Positions 11,138 to 24,489 of a stretch of 64,000 bases of DNA are shown here, one piece after another. This stretch comes from Trichodelitschia bisporula (Eukaryota): the NCBI GenBank assembly GCA_010356995.1, contig ML996702.1, positions 248,001-312,000 of the forward strand. The letters are read 5' to 3'. Position numbers and translations under genes: made by a program. The notes below the pieces were generated by a model. That model saw nothing but the letters and a program-made list of their open reading frames with translations. It did no database searches and was not told the origin of the DNA. The first letter of the stretch is position 1; each line of letters begins with the position of its first letter.

Positions 11138-13049
11138 CAAGGACTGCCCGAGAAGGTCGTGGCATTTACCGTCGTGCACATGGGTATTCTTCTGGCTGCG
11201 TTAAGGGGGAGAACACCTGGGACCAATCGCAGAAGGATAGCTAGTTCACTCAACCCAAATTGATCCCTAGTTCTGCTCAGTGCAGAGGCAGCCGGACGGA
11301 ATGCTAGCTTGGTGCTGCTAATCTCCTTGACATCTTTGAGCGTGCCGCAGTACTCTCCGCCATATGCGCCACAAGGTTGACCCCGCGGCACGGCAAACAC
11401 ACCTCTCAAACCGGCCCCGAGTCCATCAGTCTCACACACTCGGGCCGGGCACAAACCAGCTTTGCCCGATCCCGTCGCGCGCCCGACCCGAATCCCACCG
11501 CCCTCCCGCCCTCGCATCCCAGCAATCCCATCCTCGGCCCCTAAACCCACTGCAGCTGTACAGTGACATCACACCCGTATACCGCGTAAACTCCACCCGC
11601 AAAATCCCATCCCCACATCACTAACACCCACGCCAATGTCCACGCCTCGCGCCGTCGCCCAACCCCTCGCTAACCGTCTGACCGGCCCTTTCTAAGTTTA
11701 CGGTGTCGTTACGTACACCTCCTACCCCTCGCAATCCCTCCATCTCCCACCGCGCCAGACATCAGCCCATTCTCACCGCCGCACTCGCTGATCCTCCAAT
11801 CTCCCCAATGAGCCCGCCCCGCCTCTCCCTCCCACATGCGCCGGCACGCCAGCATACCGCCTCCCCACCAGCCAAGCCACCCACGTACATCCCGCCCTCG
11901 TACGATAAACCCCCCAGAGCTGAAACACTGATCCCCTGCCCCGCCGGACATTTTACCCGGGCGCGGGGTCTGATCGGCGCGGGTGGCCGCCCACCACGCC
12001 TTTACCACGCAGGCCACGCTCAGCGTGCTCAGCACGTTGATCACGACCATCGGACCCTGGATTGTACTGATCTCCACCCGGATCTTTCCATGTGAAGGCT
12101 GAACAATCGCGATGCCCACGGCCCGGGAAGCCGGGATCCGAGACACACATGCACGAGGGGGACTAGCCGAGCCATAACGAGCTGCCAGGGCGAGTAACCG
12201 GCTACCTCTTTGTTTTCTCCTTCGTGGCACTAGTGACGCGCAGCGAACGCATGCAGGGAAGGCTATTCGTATTCTCTCGCCGTAGAAGGATGCAAGTGCA
12301 AGTCCGTCTGCTGGGCTAGAGTAGTGACAATGCAACTTCCAAGTACCCACCCGACATCGTATCTCCAAGCGTCTAAGATCCGGCTAAGAAGTCCCCGTGA
12401 TGCACGACAATGAGGAGCGCAGAAAGTGCTTGTATTCTGTCGCTGAGGGGATGCAGATGCAATACTCGGCTATCAATGCCATCCTCCACCATCCTCCATC
12501 CCAAGCCCCAAATATCCAGCTAAACAAGTCCCCAAGTCCTCCATGAAATCCACCAAGAAATACGCCAAAGCACCTTGCAGCTCGCATACAGCGATGATAA
12601 TTCTAAGTCCTCGTAAACATATCCCCCTCCGAGGTGATGAAAATAAAAAAAAACACAAAACACCGGCGCGCCACTAGATGATATCATCTCCGCACCCTCC
12701 CACAACCAGCTAAAATAAGAAACAGGCAAAAACACCAGCGCGCCCTGACCTCCCCTAGCCGGCGAAGCCGCGCTAAAGGGGTATCCTCGAATGCCATATC
12801 CGCCCAGAAGAAATCCCAGCGCCTCTCAGCGTTCAACGCAGAATACAATGTCCACCTCCACCTCATCCGTCCTAGCAGATGCATCGATATAATACAAGCG
12901 ATATGCGTATCGTCGCCATCGACAACAACAATGCCAAATGCGGCAGAAATGCGCAGTTGCGGCCGTGAAGCTATTTTGGTGAAATCGTGATCGTGTCGTC
13001 GTTTGGTGATGTAGCCGTGGCATAGCATCAAAGCAATATGCGTCTTCGG

Positions 13050-16000
13050 CTACCACCCCGCCCGCTCCCATTGCGCCCTCTCCGTGCTCGTCGTGCGACT
13101 CAGCCCAACACCACCCTCAGTCCTCTCCCTCCTGCCATCAGCGCCCACACCCGCCCTCCTCAGCACCCTCTTCAAAATCCCCCTACTCTCCGTCTGCACC
13201 GGCGGCCCATCCCCCTTGCCACTCCCTGCCGGCGGCAACACCAACCCGCCCAACTCCCCCTCCTCCCGGCGTGCCTCCACAACCGGTGTAACCGGAAACT
13301 TGACAACCCGACAAAAGAGCGTCGAAAAGTAGAACCGCTCGTTCCTCGCATTATTCAACGGAATATGGCGAAACCCGGTCTGCAACCGTTCGAGCTTAGC
13401 CGTGTAATTCGCGAGCGGCTGCGAGCCGCTCCCGGCCGCCCTCCCATCCGCCGCGTTCCACACCGTCCAGCGCACGAACACGAGACTCGGGCAGCGCGTG
13501 GTGACGGCAAAACTCATGCGTGTGCCGAAGGCAGGGTCGTACCCATTGTCCTCAACAACAGGCGTGCGCTTGCGCACCGTCCACCCCGCGCCCCCCGTGC
13601 GCGCGACGTCGCTCACACCATCGGAGCTCCCACTCCGGGACGGACGCATCTTATCCTCGACCGTGAAGACCTCGACATCAATGTACGGATTTATCGGCGC
13701 GTCTCCCGGGATATCCCTGGGCCGCGGTAACTGTTGCGCGGACACAATCTCGATATCAAAAGCGACGAGTTTCTTAGGCCGCGGCTGAGCGGGTTTAGCG
13801 GGCTTGAGGCGCATGTCGAGCGGCTTGAGGACGAAGCCCGTGCGGTCGTCGCCGCCCGCGAACATGGCGTCGTTGATTTGCATGCCCAGGTCGAAGGTCT
13901 GCCAGTTCAGAGCCACCATCTGCACGCCGCGGCGCCAGAAACGCAGCGGGTCAAAGTTGTTGCTTGTAATCCGGTGGCCCGCCGGGTAGACGCGCATCAG
14001 GTAGCGGCGGTTATGTTTCTCGAGCTTGGTCTTTGACTCCGCATCCTTGGTGCATAGGCTCGTGAACTTATTCTCCGCAAGCGAGTAGACGTGGTTATAC
14101 GTCTTAGAGTCCGGACTCCGCAGATCCGTGAACTTGACGCCCATGGTGTACACGCCCAGGTCGCCGAGCACCTTGACGATGTTGCTCGTCTTCTTTTTGC
14201 GTTTCCGCTCCGGCTCTGGTTGCGCCTCGCTCTCGTCGCCTGAGCTGCTGGGGCTGACGGACGTGCCGACGGTGGAAGCGGCGGAGCTCTTGGGCGGCGT
14301 GGGAGCGGACGAGTAGATGCTGCCGCTGCGGTCCGTCGGCGTCATGGTCGGCGGGCTGGAGAACGAGTGGCCCATCGGCATATTATCTGATTGAAAGTTG
14401 ACAGGGCGCGCAAAGGGTGAGCTGAGCCCGCGACGCCGTACGCGCGGCTGCGCCTCAGCCAGAAACTGGAGAGGGTCCTCAACGTCGTGACCCGCCTTGA
14501 CCTTGATCAGGATGCGGTGCTTCAGGTCCTCGGGGCTGGGCAGCTTCTGCAAGTCATCTAGCGGCTCGGTGACGAGCTTCTGCTTGAACGTATTCTTGAT
14601 GATCTCAGCCATGACGGCCTGCTGCTCCGGGCCACAATGGACCTCAAGCGAGATGATGACGGGGTAGGGCGAGGCGCTGAAAGCATACTCGTTGATCACC
14701 TTGATGCAGTCCGAGAAGAGCACGCTCGTAGTCAGCGACCGTCCATGCATGACAATCGGCCGGCCGTCGTTGCCGTCCCAGCAATCAACCTCGACGCAAC
14801 GGCATCCGCGAGTCAGCGCGTGGATGTATGCCTCGGTGCTCGATTCGTCGTACACCTGGCGGCCGAGCAGATAGGTATTGTGTGAGCTGTTGATGAAGTA
14901 CTCATTCAGCGGCCGGTCGAGGGGTTGGTCGGATCGCCGCGTGCTGATTCCCTTGGCGAAGCTCGACAGCATCAACAGGTCCTGGAAGGCGGCAAAGTTC
15001 ATCGTCAGCGCAGGCAATTGCTCCTCCCTAGGCCGGCAGCGTTTCGCGAAGCGCCGGAAGACGTCGATGTAGTAGGCCTCGCGGGCACTGGTGTCGATGC
15101 CTTGGACATCGCGTAGGAAGCTCAAGAAGGCCGGCTCATCCAGTTCAGGGCCGGTCTTGATGGAGTTGTAGATGGCCTTGAAATCTTGACGCTCCAACAG
15201 GCGCTTGATAAAGGCTTGGAATTGGGCGTAGCTGAGGTGCTGCGAGTTGTCAACGTCGGCATCGTCAAACTGCGCGCGCAGGCCCTTGTCGGAACAATTG
15301 ATGTCCAGCTTCCGACACAGCTGACGCACGGCCGCAAAGTCGAGCTGCGCATCCCGGTCATCCTGGCCCTTGGTTTCGCGACGCCAGAGATCGAGGATAC
15401 TCTTCTCGCCACCCTTGGCCAGTTCCGTCATACGATGGATGCGCAGACGTTGCACACGGTCAATGGAATCGACCCATAAGCGCATCACGTGCTCGTCCGG
15501 TGCGATAAGGTGGAGTGTCTTAACGGCGCGACCCTTGGAGCGATTGGGATCAGAGTACACAACCGTGAACCAGCGCGACTCGAAATCAAGGCCAGGACCA
15601 GATTCCAGCTGGTCAAAGTACTCGCGCGCCTCGTGGCCCTCGCGCACGGCCTGAATGTCATCGACATACACCTGCTTCGAGTCCCAGCAGATCTTGGCAG
15701 CCTCAAAGTCGAAGCGGAAAAGGACCTCCCTGCGCTTCTTGCGCGTCACCTTGGTTAACAGGGTGCCTTGCTGCAGGACCTGGGGCATGGTTGGGGCCAG
15801 TTTCTCTTCCGAGATGGATGTGATACTGGGCCGGGCGCTGGGTGTGGCAACAAGACCATTGTGCGTCGGGCTGGTGGACAAGTCCTCGTTGGCTGCGGTG
15901 TCGGCATCCAGGTCGTCCAGATCCAGATCGGAGACATCAATGCCACCGTCCGGGATAGCCTTGTTGCTGTCGCTGCGTCGACGGACTATGACCGGTCCGC

Positions 16001-16532
16001 ACGACACATCGCGGTTGGCGCTCGTGGCCGAGAGGCGGCGGCGCGTGATTCTGTTGGTAGCACCGCGGGAGAGACGCCGCATGAGACCGGGTCCCTTGTT
16101 GCTGATAGCCAGGGCCTCTGCCATGGCAGACGGGGACGCAGCAGAAATGGGCGGGGATGTGGAGAAGGACGACATATTCGGGGTGGGTTGCGACATTTTG
16201 TCCGGGATTGAGATTACGGCCGGTAAGGAGGAGGATATGGGGAAGTCGTGGATCTCAGGGGGAGTGAGCGGAGTGTTGGGTGCGTAGGGCTGATAACTGG
16301 AGGCGAGGCTGAGCCGGGATGAGTTGGAGCTGTTCGCCGAGGCTGGTGAGATGGTGACGGGAACAACAGAGGGAACGTCGATGGAGCCGAATACATGGCG
16401 TCGTTGATCGTTTCGCGGCGGCACGCGAGCAATCCTCGGTAGTGAAGAGGGGAAGAGTGAAGACGAGGTTGCAGGTGAAAGCGTATCGAAGAGGTCCTGG
16501 GAGTCCAGGCGGGATGACGGAAGGGACGACAT
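13050..16532 (-). CDS. PLC1: Phosphoinositide-specific phospholipase C
   Basis: 1160-aa single ORF with PH-like and EF-hand regions, X domain ([37 protein letters not shown]), Y domain ([29 protein letters not shown]) and a C2 domain. Confidence 0.96.
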   Translation of the reverse strand: MSSLPSSRLDSQDLFDTLSPATSSSLFPSSLPRIARVPPRNDQRRHVFGSIDVPSVVPVTISPASANSSNSSRLSLASSYQPYAPNTPLTPPEIHDFPISSSLPAVISIPDKMSQPTPNMSSFSTSPPISAASPSAMAEALAISNKGPGLMRRLSRGATNRITRRRLSATSANRDVSCGPVIVRRRSDSNKAIPDGGIDVSDLDLDDLDADTAANEDLSTSPTHNGLVATPSARPSITSISEEKLAPTMPQVLQQGTLLTKVTRKKRREVLFRFDFEAAKICWDSKQVYVDDIQAVREGHEAREYFDQLESGPGLDFESRWFTVVYSDPNRSKGRAVKTLHLIAPDEHVMRLWVDSIDRVQRLRIHRMTELAKGGEKSILDLWRRETKGQDDRDAQLDFAAVRQLCRKLDINCSDKGLRAQFDDADVDNSQHLSYAQFQAFIKRLLERQDFKAIYNSIKTGPELDEPAFLSFLRDVQGIDTSAREAYYIDVFRRFAKRCRPREEQLPALTMNFAAFQDLLMLSSFAKGISTRRSDQPLDRPLNEYFINSSHNTYLLGRQVYDESSTEAYIHALTRGCRCVEVDCWDGNDGRPIVMHGRSLTTSVLFSDCIKVINEYAFSASPYPVIISLEVHCGPEQQAVMAEIIKNTFKQKLVTEPLDDLQKLPSPEDLKHRILIKVKAGHDVEDPLQFLAEAQPRVRRRGLSSPFARPVNFQSDNMPMGHSFSSPPTMTPTDRSGSIYSSAPTPPKSSAASTVGTSVSPSSSGDESEAQPEPERKRKKKTSNIVKVLGDLGVYTMGVKFTDLRSPDSKTYNHVYSLAENKFTSLCTKDAESKTKLEKHNRRYLMRVYPAGHRITSNNFDPLRFWRRGVQMVALNWQTFDLGMQINDAMFAGGDDRTGFVLKPLDMRLKPAKPAQPRPKKLVAFDIEIVSAQQLPRPRDIPGDAPINPYIDVEVFTVEDKMRPSRSGSSDGVSDVARTGGAGWTVRKRTPVVEDNGYDPAFGTRMSFAVTTRCPSLVFVRWTVWNAADGRAAGSGSQPLANYTAKLERLQTGFRHIPLNNARNERFYFSTLFCRVVKFPVTPVVEARREEGELGGLVLPPAGSGKGDGPPVQTESRGILKRVLRRAGVGADGRRERTEGGVGLSRTTSTERAQWERAGW

Positions 16533-17443
16533 GGTGGAGGAGTAGAAGGAGAGAAAGGGGGGCGAAGAAACGCGAAATGAAGTTCAGATGGCGTGAAACA
16601 ACATGGGCACGGCTTAGGGATCTCTACCGGAGTGGGCCGGCATCGTGTTTATGTGGGAAGATCAGAGGTGCGGTTGGGGCTGGCTGGCTAGCTGTCTCTC
16701 TGGTTGGCGCGCGTCCCTCGGCGCGGGGAGCGGGAGTGTGAAAGCAGCTACGTGCCTTTGCAGCAAGCAAGCAAGACAGAGAGGCAGGCAGGCAAGCAAA
16801 AGAAGACAGTAATGCGGAGCAGGAGCCCAGTCGAGGGATTAAGCAGCGTTGTCAAGCGTCGTCGGTTTTTCCGGGTCGGTCCAGTCAGCCAAAGTGGCTC
16901 AGGCGGGGGTTAATAACAAGGCAATTCGCGATCTTCTTTTTTTCCTCCCGAAAATCGCGGGGCTACTAACTGGTCCTTTGCCCAGGGGGAGCTAGGGAAG
17001 CCGGCGCTGATGCTGGTGCTGATGCTGATGGGTCCTAGGGGGAGGGGTTTAGTCGGGTAGGTGCCGGACAGCTTTTGGTGGGAGGATTTTCTGGCTAAGT
17101 GCGGTTCGAATGCGGTTTGGCAAGGCAGTTGGTTGGGAGGATTTGCTCTGCGCCGAGTCGAATGCAGATTGCAAGGCAGTTGTGTGTACGGGGCGGCGGC
17201 GCTGCGATGCGCGAGATCAGCTGGCAGTGTTCGTGGATTGTCTGGGGGGTGAGTGAGTGAGTATGGCGTGCATCGGTTTGGCTGCACGAAGATGCAGAGA
17301 CGGGCGAATGGGGAAAGGTGACAATGAGGCGAGTATATCGTGAGGCTTTGGTGAACAAGAGCTGGGGTGGGGGGCCGGGGGTTGGATGTGGGGAAGAGGG
17401 GAGGTAAGGTTCGTGCGTGAATGGCGGGATGGAAGAAGATAGT

Positions 17444-17470
17444 GAAGAAGAAGAAGAAGAAGAAGAAGAA
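17444..17470. repeat. (GAA)9 microsatellite
   Basis: Nine perfect GAA units read directly. Confidence 0.95.
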
Positions 17471-20400
17471 ATGAGACAGGACTGTGGGACGGGACGAGAT
17501 GACACGAGGGGTCAAGAGTACAACCGAGACGACAAGAGTACAAGACAGACGGACGCGAGAGACAAGAGATACCGTCAAGAGGCACAAGAGAAATAACGAG
17601 GACTAGTATGGCAACGGCGAATTGGGGGAAGTTGTATGAGAGGAACGAGTCATTGCGTACCTAGCAACCCTAGCGACGATGGGCTCTACTGGGGTATGTC
17701 GTATGTGCGTGGATGTGTGCGAGTTATGTGTTGTCCTTTCTGGCGAATATGGGAGCTGGTTAAGGACCAGGTCTTGAGATCAATGGCGGGGAAGGGAAGG
17801 GTAGGGAGGAGGTGAGGGAGGGATTGAAAGCAATCGGGAGGACAGATGCAGCAAGAGTAGCCCGGAGAAGTAGGGATGGAGGTTGAATAGTGTGGGGGTT
17901 TATTGACGAGGGAGCCAGAGAGGTGACAGAAATAACGAGGAGGGCGTCCCGGAGCTAGGAGGATGAGGAATAGGGCAGGATGAGTACTGTGTAGCTGACA
18001 GGTGTATGGAGGATCGCGCGCGCAGCTCCGATGGAGAGGGAATTGGTGGGATGCCGGTGAATGGTAGAGCAGCGAGACAAGAGATAAGACGTGCAGAAGT
18101 GACGAGAGATGAGAATCCCGAGAAAAATTTAGCAGTGTGTCGAAGACAGGAGTACAACAACGTGTCGTGGGCTTGACGATGAGCCGGTGATGAGCCGATG
18201 ATGCGACTTTCAGAAGAAGTGTGCGACCTTATGGAGAGGAACTGGGGTTGCGATGGGAAGTAGATGGGTTTTAGGGCGGGAGAGTGTACATAAGGAGCAC
18301 AAGGAGACGGAGAAGGACTCGGAGAGAACGAGATGCGCTCGAAGTCCACGATGCAGCTAGGGCCACTAAAGGCACAAATGTAGAAAATGCACAAAAAGTC
18401 GGCAAGGCGAGACTGGGGGGGTCCTTTGTCGACGTCCCGTTGGACCAGTTCTAGGGCTTTGCTAGAACTTCCAAGAAAGAAGTCACGAGAAAAAGATGCA
18501 GAAATAAAAAAGGGGGGAGAGAGAAGAGAAGTCGAGTTTCGAATCCCATGTTCCGCCCTACGTTGGTTTCGAGGCTATGCTACTTATGACCTAGTTATGA
18601 CTGTAATGCCAATTGTACCTGTTTTATGCGCCCCTTATGTTCTCCCTGGAGCGGTTTGTGCCTTGTTCTCCCCTGGTCGGCGTTCTCTTCCATTATTCCC
18701 AAGCACCCGGCATCACATTAGAAGGTCGCCTCCCAAACCCGCCAGTCGCCCGCTTCCATTCCGCTTGCGGGACGGTGACGAAAGGGGCCCCGCTGTTTGG
18801 AAACCGACGACTGTCCACTCACCATCCACCACTCTCCGCTCATCATTCACACCTCTCCCATTATCGCCCACCACTCACTGCCCGCCGTTCTGTCCTTCCA
18901 ACGCCCCATCCTCCTCGCCTTGATGCCGAGGAAAGAGGGGCTGAGATCGCAAAGCGGATATCCCCAAAATAAAACGGAGAGGAGGTCGTTAGTGCTTATA
19001 CATCGTCCTGAATCGTGCTGGTACGGTACCGAGGCATCATCGACTTCTTTATGTCCCTTTATGTCCCTTATGTACCTTATGTACGCAGCCGCATAAGATA
19101 CATACTCTCAAGTATCATGATTCCTCGCCCACCGCCATCATCCCTCCAGTCCCCTCCAGTCCCCCCAATTCCCCCCTCTCATACGACAGCAAGCAGCAGC
19201 TCAAGTATGCACAAATGACCAGCACATGCGCAAGGTACTGACATCCCTCCATCCCTCCAATCCCACCGCCTCCGCCCTTCCACCCGCCGCACTCCTGCCC
19301 AAAGCAACAGCCTGATGCATGGCAGCGCCGCTGCAAACGGTCTCCGCGTGCCAGAACCGCTGAATAAAAAAAACTGACAGCCAGTCCAGCAGCAATGCAC
19401 ACGACCCGAGAAAAGTCGCCGCAGAAGTAATGTAATCCTAGCATTCCGTACGTCATCTCTGACTCTGACCACCGCCTCGAGTCTGGCTCACGAACGCGCT
19501 CCCACTCATCAACACCTCTTTCTCTCATTTACCCCTCATCTCCGACGACGATACTACCACAACGAGCGATACAAAAACCCCCAAACTCATAGAGCAGCTT
19601 CTCCAGATGTCGGAACCCCGCCTACCAAGTCCGTTAAATCCCTTCGTGTGTCGCGCCTCGCTATCCCTCCACGAGCCCAGCCCACCCCAACGTGGGCCAC
19701 CTTCATCGCGCGGCCGCCTCCTCCATAGACCGCCAAATCCACAACCCCACTCCTCCCACAACACACGATAGAAAAAAGCCCAAACTCAGTCTGCGGGTTC
19801 GCCTACAGTAACTGCTGCGACCGCGCCTAACAATTCCGCTGTATTCCTCCACGTTGCTGCGAGTTGATATGCTTCCACGAGCCCAACCCGCGAGCCAACG
19901 TTGCCCCGCGCGTGCCCTTTTCCTCACACCACCCCCTCCGTCACACAAACCCCCCCCCCCCCGAAGAACAAAAACCCGCAACTCCGTCACCGCTCTCCCC
20001 ATCGGCAGCCCAGCCCAGATCGCGCCCGCCCGCCACGCGCCTTATCACCCACCCCGCCGGCCCCAGCCCGCCCTCACAGAAAAAAATCCATGCTGCCTTG
20101 ACACGAAGAAGTCCCTGCCTCAATCCCCGCTCCCCCAGCTGTGCGGAGTAGCAAGCACTTTCCTCTCCCGCGTCCGCACCCCCGCAGCTGCGATGCGAGG
20201 TACGGCGCGAGCACCCGATCGGCCCCTCTCGCCTACCTCGCCAGGCCACAGTGCAATGTATCGCATCGTCACTGCTCTCACTGCCAACACCGCGCCGCCA
20301 CGGCCCGCGCACCGCTTAGCGCCCTCTCCCTCCACCCTACCCCGCGCACTGCGCGCAGCGACGGCGGCAACGAAGCGACGCACACCGCTCGTGCCCGTTC

Positions 20401-23400
20401 CTTATCCGCCTAATCCCAATCCCCCGCAAGCACCCGCGCCCAAGGCCACATTTCACCTCCCCCACCCCACTCGCTTCCTCCCCCGGCATCCTCGCTCCCA
20501 CGCGTGCGCCCCAGCCTGCACCGAACTCCCCAGCGCATGCATGCCCCCGCGCACAGCCGTAAGGCCAGCCCAGCAGGGAGCCCAGCATGCGCAGCATGCG
20601 CAGCTTGTGCAGAAAAACTGACCGTCACAATTCCCCGCCCCGCCCCGCTCGCCCAGCGCGCACGCCCAGGCCAGGCGGGGGGCCCTGCCGCCACCGACCA
20701 GAAGTAACTTCGGCTTTGCGCGCCGAAACGGCCGCAGGTGCGATGGTGAATGTCGTGCCGGTGCGCGCGAGGTAGGCCTTGTGGCGCGGATTATATCCGT
20801 GATCAGCGGCGGCGGCAAGCGCGGGCCCGGGCCCGGGTCCGGGCACGGGCGGCGATGGCTTGTGCCATAAGGCTGAGTGCGGGGTGCGAGGGACATGCAG
20901 GGCGGTGCGCGGGCGGCCTCTTGTTAGGATGCGGGGCGCAAATTCGCGGTGGAGAATGAAGGGGATTTGGAGAGGAGGAGGAGGAGGGGCACTGTACTGT
21001 AAGCTGCACGAATGGTGGCTGCGTTGCTGATGCACGTTCTGTGGGGACGGTGTTTGTCGGTGAGGGATGGGGGCGGGTTTGCGTACCTGCCGAGTCGGCG
21101 GGGGGAGAACGGGTGAGGCTGTGGGTGCCGATCCGGTTGAGGTACCGCGAGAACCCGAGGCTTTTTTGCCCATGAAGCAGCGCCTTGTGTGTTTGGCGTC
21201 GGAACCTGATCGCCGGTGGGTCTTGCGCAGCGGTGGCCAAATTTGATCTTTGACGTGACGCTGAGGTGATTAGAACTAGCACCAATACGAACTGACCTCG
21301 ATTTAGACACCACATGGGCTTCATGCAGAGATGACTGCAGAACGTCTCCTTGTCGACGGAGGCGGGACTGGACTATTCCTTGACCATGATGGCCTTTTCG
21401 AGGGTGCCAAACGCATGCGGAGAATGCTGCCGGAAGACTGCGAAGCCGTGTTGCCTAGCGATCCTTTGACGCCTTTGACGCAGAACTGGCTCTCGACAGT
21501 CGTTAAACTTCCCGCAAATTAAAAGTCAGCTTCCTACATATCTGCAGGTTCATGCAGTACCTGTAATGGGAGCATCAGCCCGGCGCGTGTGCAAAGCAAC
21601 GAGTGCATAATTCAAAGTAGGTCAAAGATGAAGAGAAAATCAAGGGCGAGCGGGGGAGCCGCGCAAGTCTACGTACAATGCTTGCCATGTAGGCTCCTTC
21701 CGAGCTCACCTCGGGATTCCTTGCAGTCTTGCCGTATGTCACTTCCTCAGGTAACAACGTTCCTTCCAGGAACACCAACGCCCCTTCCTGAGTTCACATC
21801 AGAGCCCAAAGTCAGCTCTCGGTCGTATACCGCACGAGGTGACTTGGGGCCGCTTACACCGCAGTACCTGTGACATGGGGAACTTCGATGGCGCCGGCTG
21901 TTGCCTTGCGACATTGCTGACAGGCCAGCTCACTGACGTTGTCTCGGGTACTCTGATATCTCACAGAGCCCGCATAACCAGCCTCAATTTGCCAAAATTC
22001 CCTCCCTTGTCTCGATATCCCGGTGCTGGACGGACGAACCATGTCATACCACACCGAGCCAGCCGCGAGTGCGAGCTTCAAGGCGCCGTGCCTGCCCACC
22101 TTCCGCTAGCACCCATCATGTCGCAAGGCATCACAAAGGCAGTGATGAGGCGACCATGCTCCACCTCGCGCCTGACTCTTCGTTCAGTGGGTCCACCTCC
22201 TCTATCCGCTCGTACAGCATCTGGCAGGTGGCCCTCGGCAGAGTCGGTCAGTTCAGATTCTTTTTTCACACCTGAGCAGTCCAATTAGTTGCTGGGTACC
22301 GAAGAGGAACGAAGAGGACGAGAAGCTATGGCAAACTGCAAGCGCTGAGCATGTGTTGCATCAGAGGTGAAAGTTAGGTAAAGCTGCGACCCGGTAGCGA
22401 TGGAAGTGCCACGGCCAGATCATGAATTCACGTGATGCTGGATATTGTTGCAATGGCCTTTGCCCACGGACTTGTGCGCCTGCTGCATGTTTAGGTAAGT
22501 TGGGTACCCGCCCTTGAGCTGAGAACCACTAGTTCTAATCACTCGTTACTGCCGAAGACCATGCCCGTGACATCCGTTGTCGAGCAGACTCTGAAATCAG
22601 CCGGAGCACGTGGTTCTCGTCTATTTCAGCCTTGTGGTAGTTAAGCCTCAAGACTCAATTTATGGAGTGTTGAGTGGTGCCACGTCAAGACCAAGTGCAT
22701 CCCAGTGGCATTTGGATATCCTGGGGCCAGCGGCGAAGTCCAAGGCACCAATGGCCGTGGATCCACAACCAGTCCGGAAAGTCCATCCTCACGTGCTCAG
22801 CCTTGCCGCGCGGACCTCAAGCCTGGCACGGACCCGTACAGACTGCCTCTGCGGCCTCCCGCATATCTACCTCGACTTCTCTCCCACTCTCCGTTTCACT
22901 TATTTTAATCCCTCAATTGAGCAACATGCCCGGGCCTGGGAGCTCTGGACGCCGTTCAACCTCGGGAGATGTGCCGCCGCAATAACCGAATGCGCGTATG
23001 TCCTACGGAAGAAATGAATGGACCTGCAAGGTGCGCACAAAGCGCGGTGTAAAGGGATGCTTCAAAGCTCTATTCAGTGCCCCGGTATGAGCACCTAAGC
23101 AGGGGTTTACGGACAGTGTCGTGTTCACGAAGAAGCCGAATGACGCGTACAAGATGTGGTGCATACAGTGCGGACACCATGGGTGCTCCCTGGCAGGTGA
23201 TCTCAAAATGTGAGAGGATTGGAGAAGCCGTCTCGGATTATTTCCAATGTTGTGAACCCACGAGAAGGAAAGAAGGAAGGCAAAAACCGCGCAAAGATGG
23301 TGGTCAAAAAGTAACGTCGGAAGAGAGCGAAGGGTAACCGCTGGCGGTGGGACAGCCTCGTCCCCTGACCCACGAACTGCGCCCAGACACCAGGTCCGAC

Positions 23401-24489
23401 CGGCTGTCGACATACGCGAGCTGAGGCAACATCTTTCGGGAAAGTGCCCCTCGGGATGTAACCCCTAGCACGCAGATGTTTTCATTCCTCGGACATGATC
23501 CTTGGGCATACTGAGCCCGGGGTTTAGGCCCTGGAGATCCACAAGCCCTGGAGGTGGATACCGGCTTGAAACGTCGCGGTTCTGTAGATGAGAATCTGAG
23601 CCTTGCGGAGGGATGAGGTGATGGGAATTTGTGCTGTGGGAACACGAGGCTGAGAATGCTCAACGAGTTAGGGATTGAGGCTGTGCGACAATTGGTCATG
23701 TGGGCGATGGAGCGGGGTCCGGTGGGGAGTTATTGGGCGCCCCCGGTACATGGCTGGGATAGGTGCCGTTTATCCATGGATAAGCACCTCAGCGCTGCGA
23801 GTTGAACCTCACTATTACACGCATCGCAGTGTGACATCAAGCAAAACTGAGACACGAATTAGCAAACGTCTTCAACCTCCCAACCTCCAAAATAACCGCT
23901 TACCCACTTCTGTCCCCGCGCGCGCCACACAAGCCACAAAGCCACTGCTGCGCCATGCCGTACGTCTTTTCCTTTTCGGCTCACGACCGCATTACCATGC
24001 CTAACGGCCCGCGGTTCGCATCGATTCCGCCCTGGGTCCCCTGGCCGACACGGAAAGTGGACGCGCACAATGCCTACAAAAATCAGGAAACCCTTCTTAC
24101 CGCTCATCTCACCCTCGCTTCTAGCTGCTGCTGGAGAAGACCGAATCGCGCAGCCTTGTCCAGGTCAAAAAGCGGGGCGGGGCGTAATACGATTAGGGCG
24201 TCGTTTTGTACTACCTCGAGCCGGAGGGCTTACCGTCCCCTCTGCCACCGTCGGCATGATAACAGTTAATGTTACACAGGTTGTAACCGCACGTTTTAAC
24301 CCCCTCCTTCGGGTCGAAGTTTCACTCCAATGCTATCCCCGCACCCACGGTTACCGTACGACATTAGCAAAGCGTTGCTGTACCCCGCTCGAAACGGGCC
24401 GTCCAATACAACCGGCAGACGCCCGCAAGGCCAGGGTGTGCATCGACGAGCCAGCGGCGCGCAGACGAGCTGGCCAGGTTGCCTGGTCT

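Noticed and set aside
19854..21324. Numerous Pro/Arg/Ala-rich ORFs on both strands
   Set aside because: Explained by very high GC content and scarce stop codons; no domain signatures.
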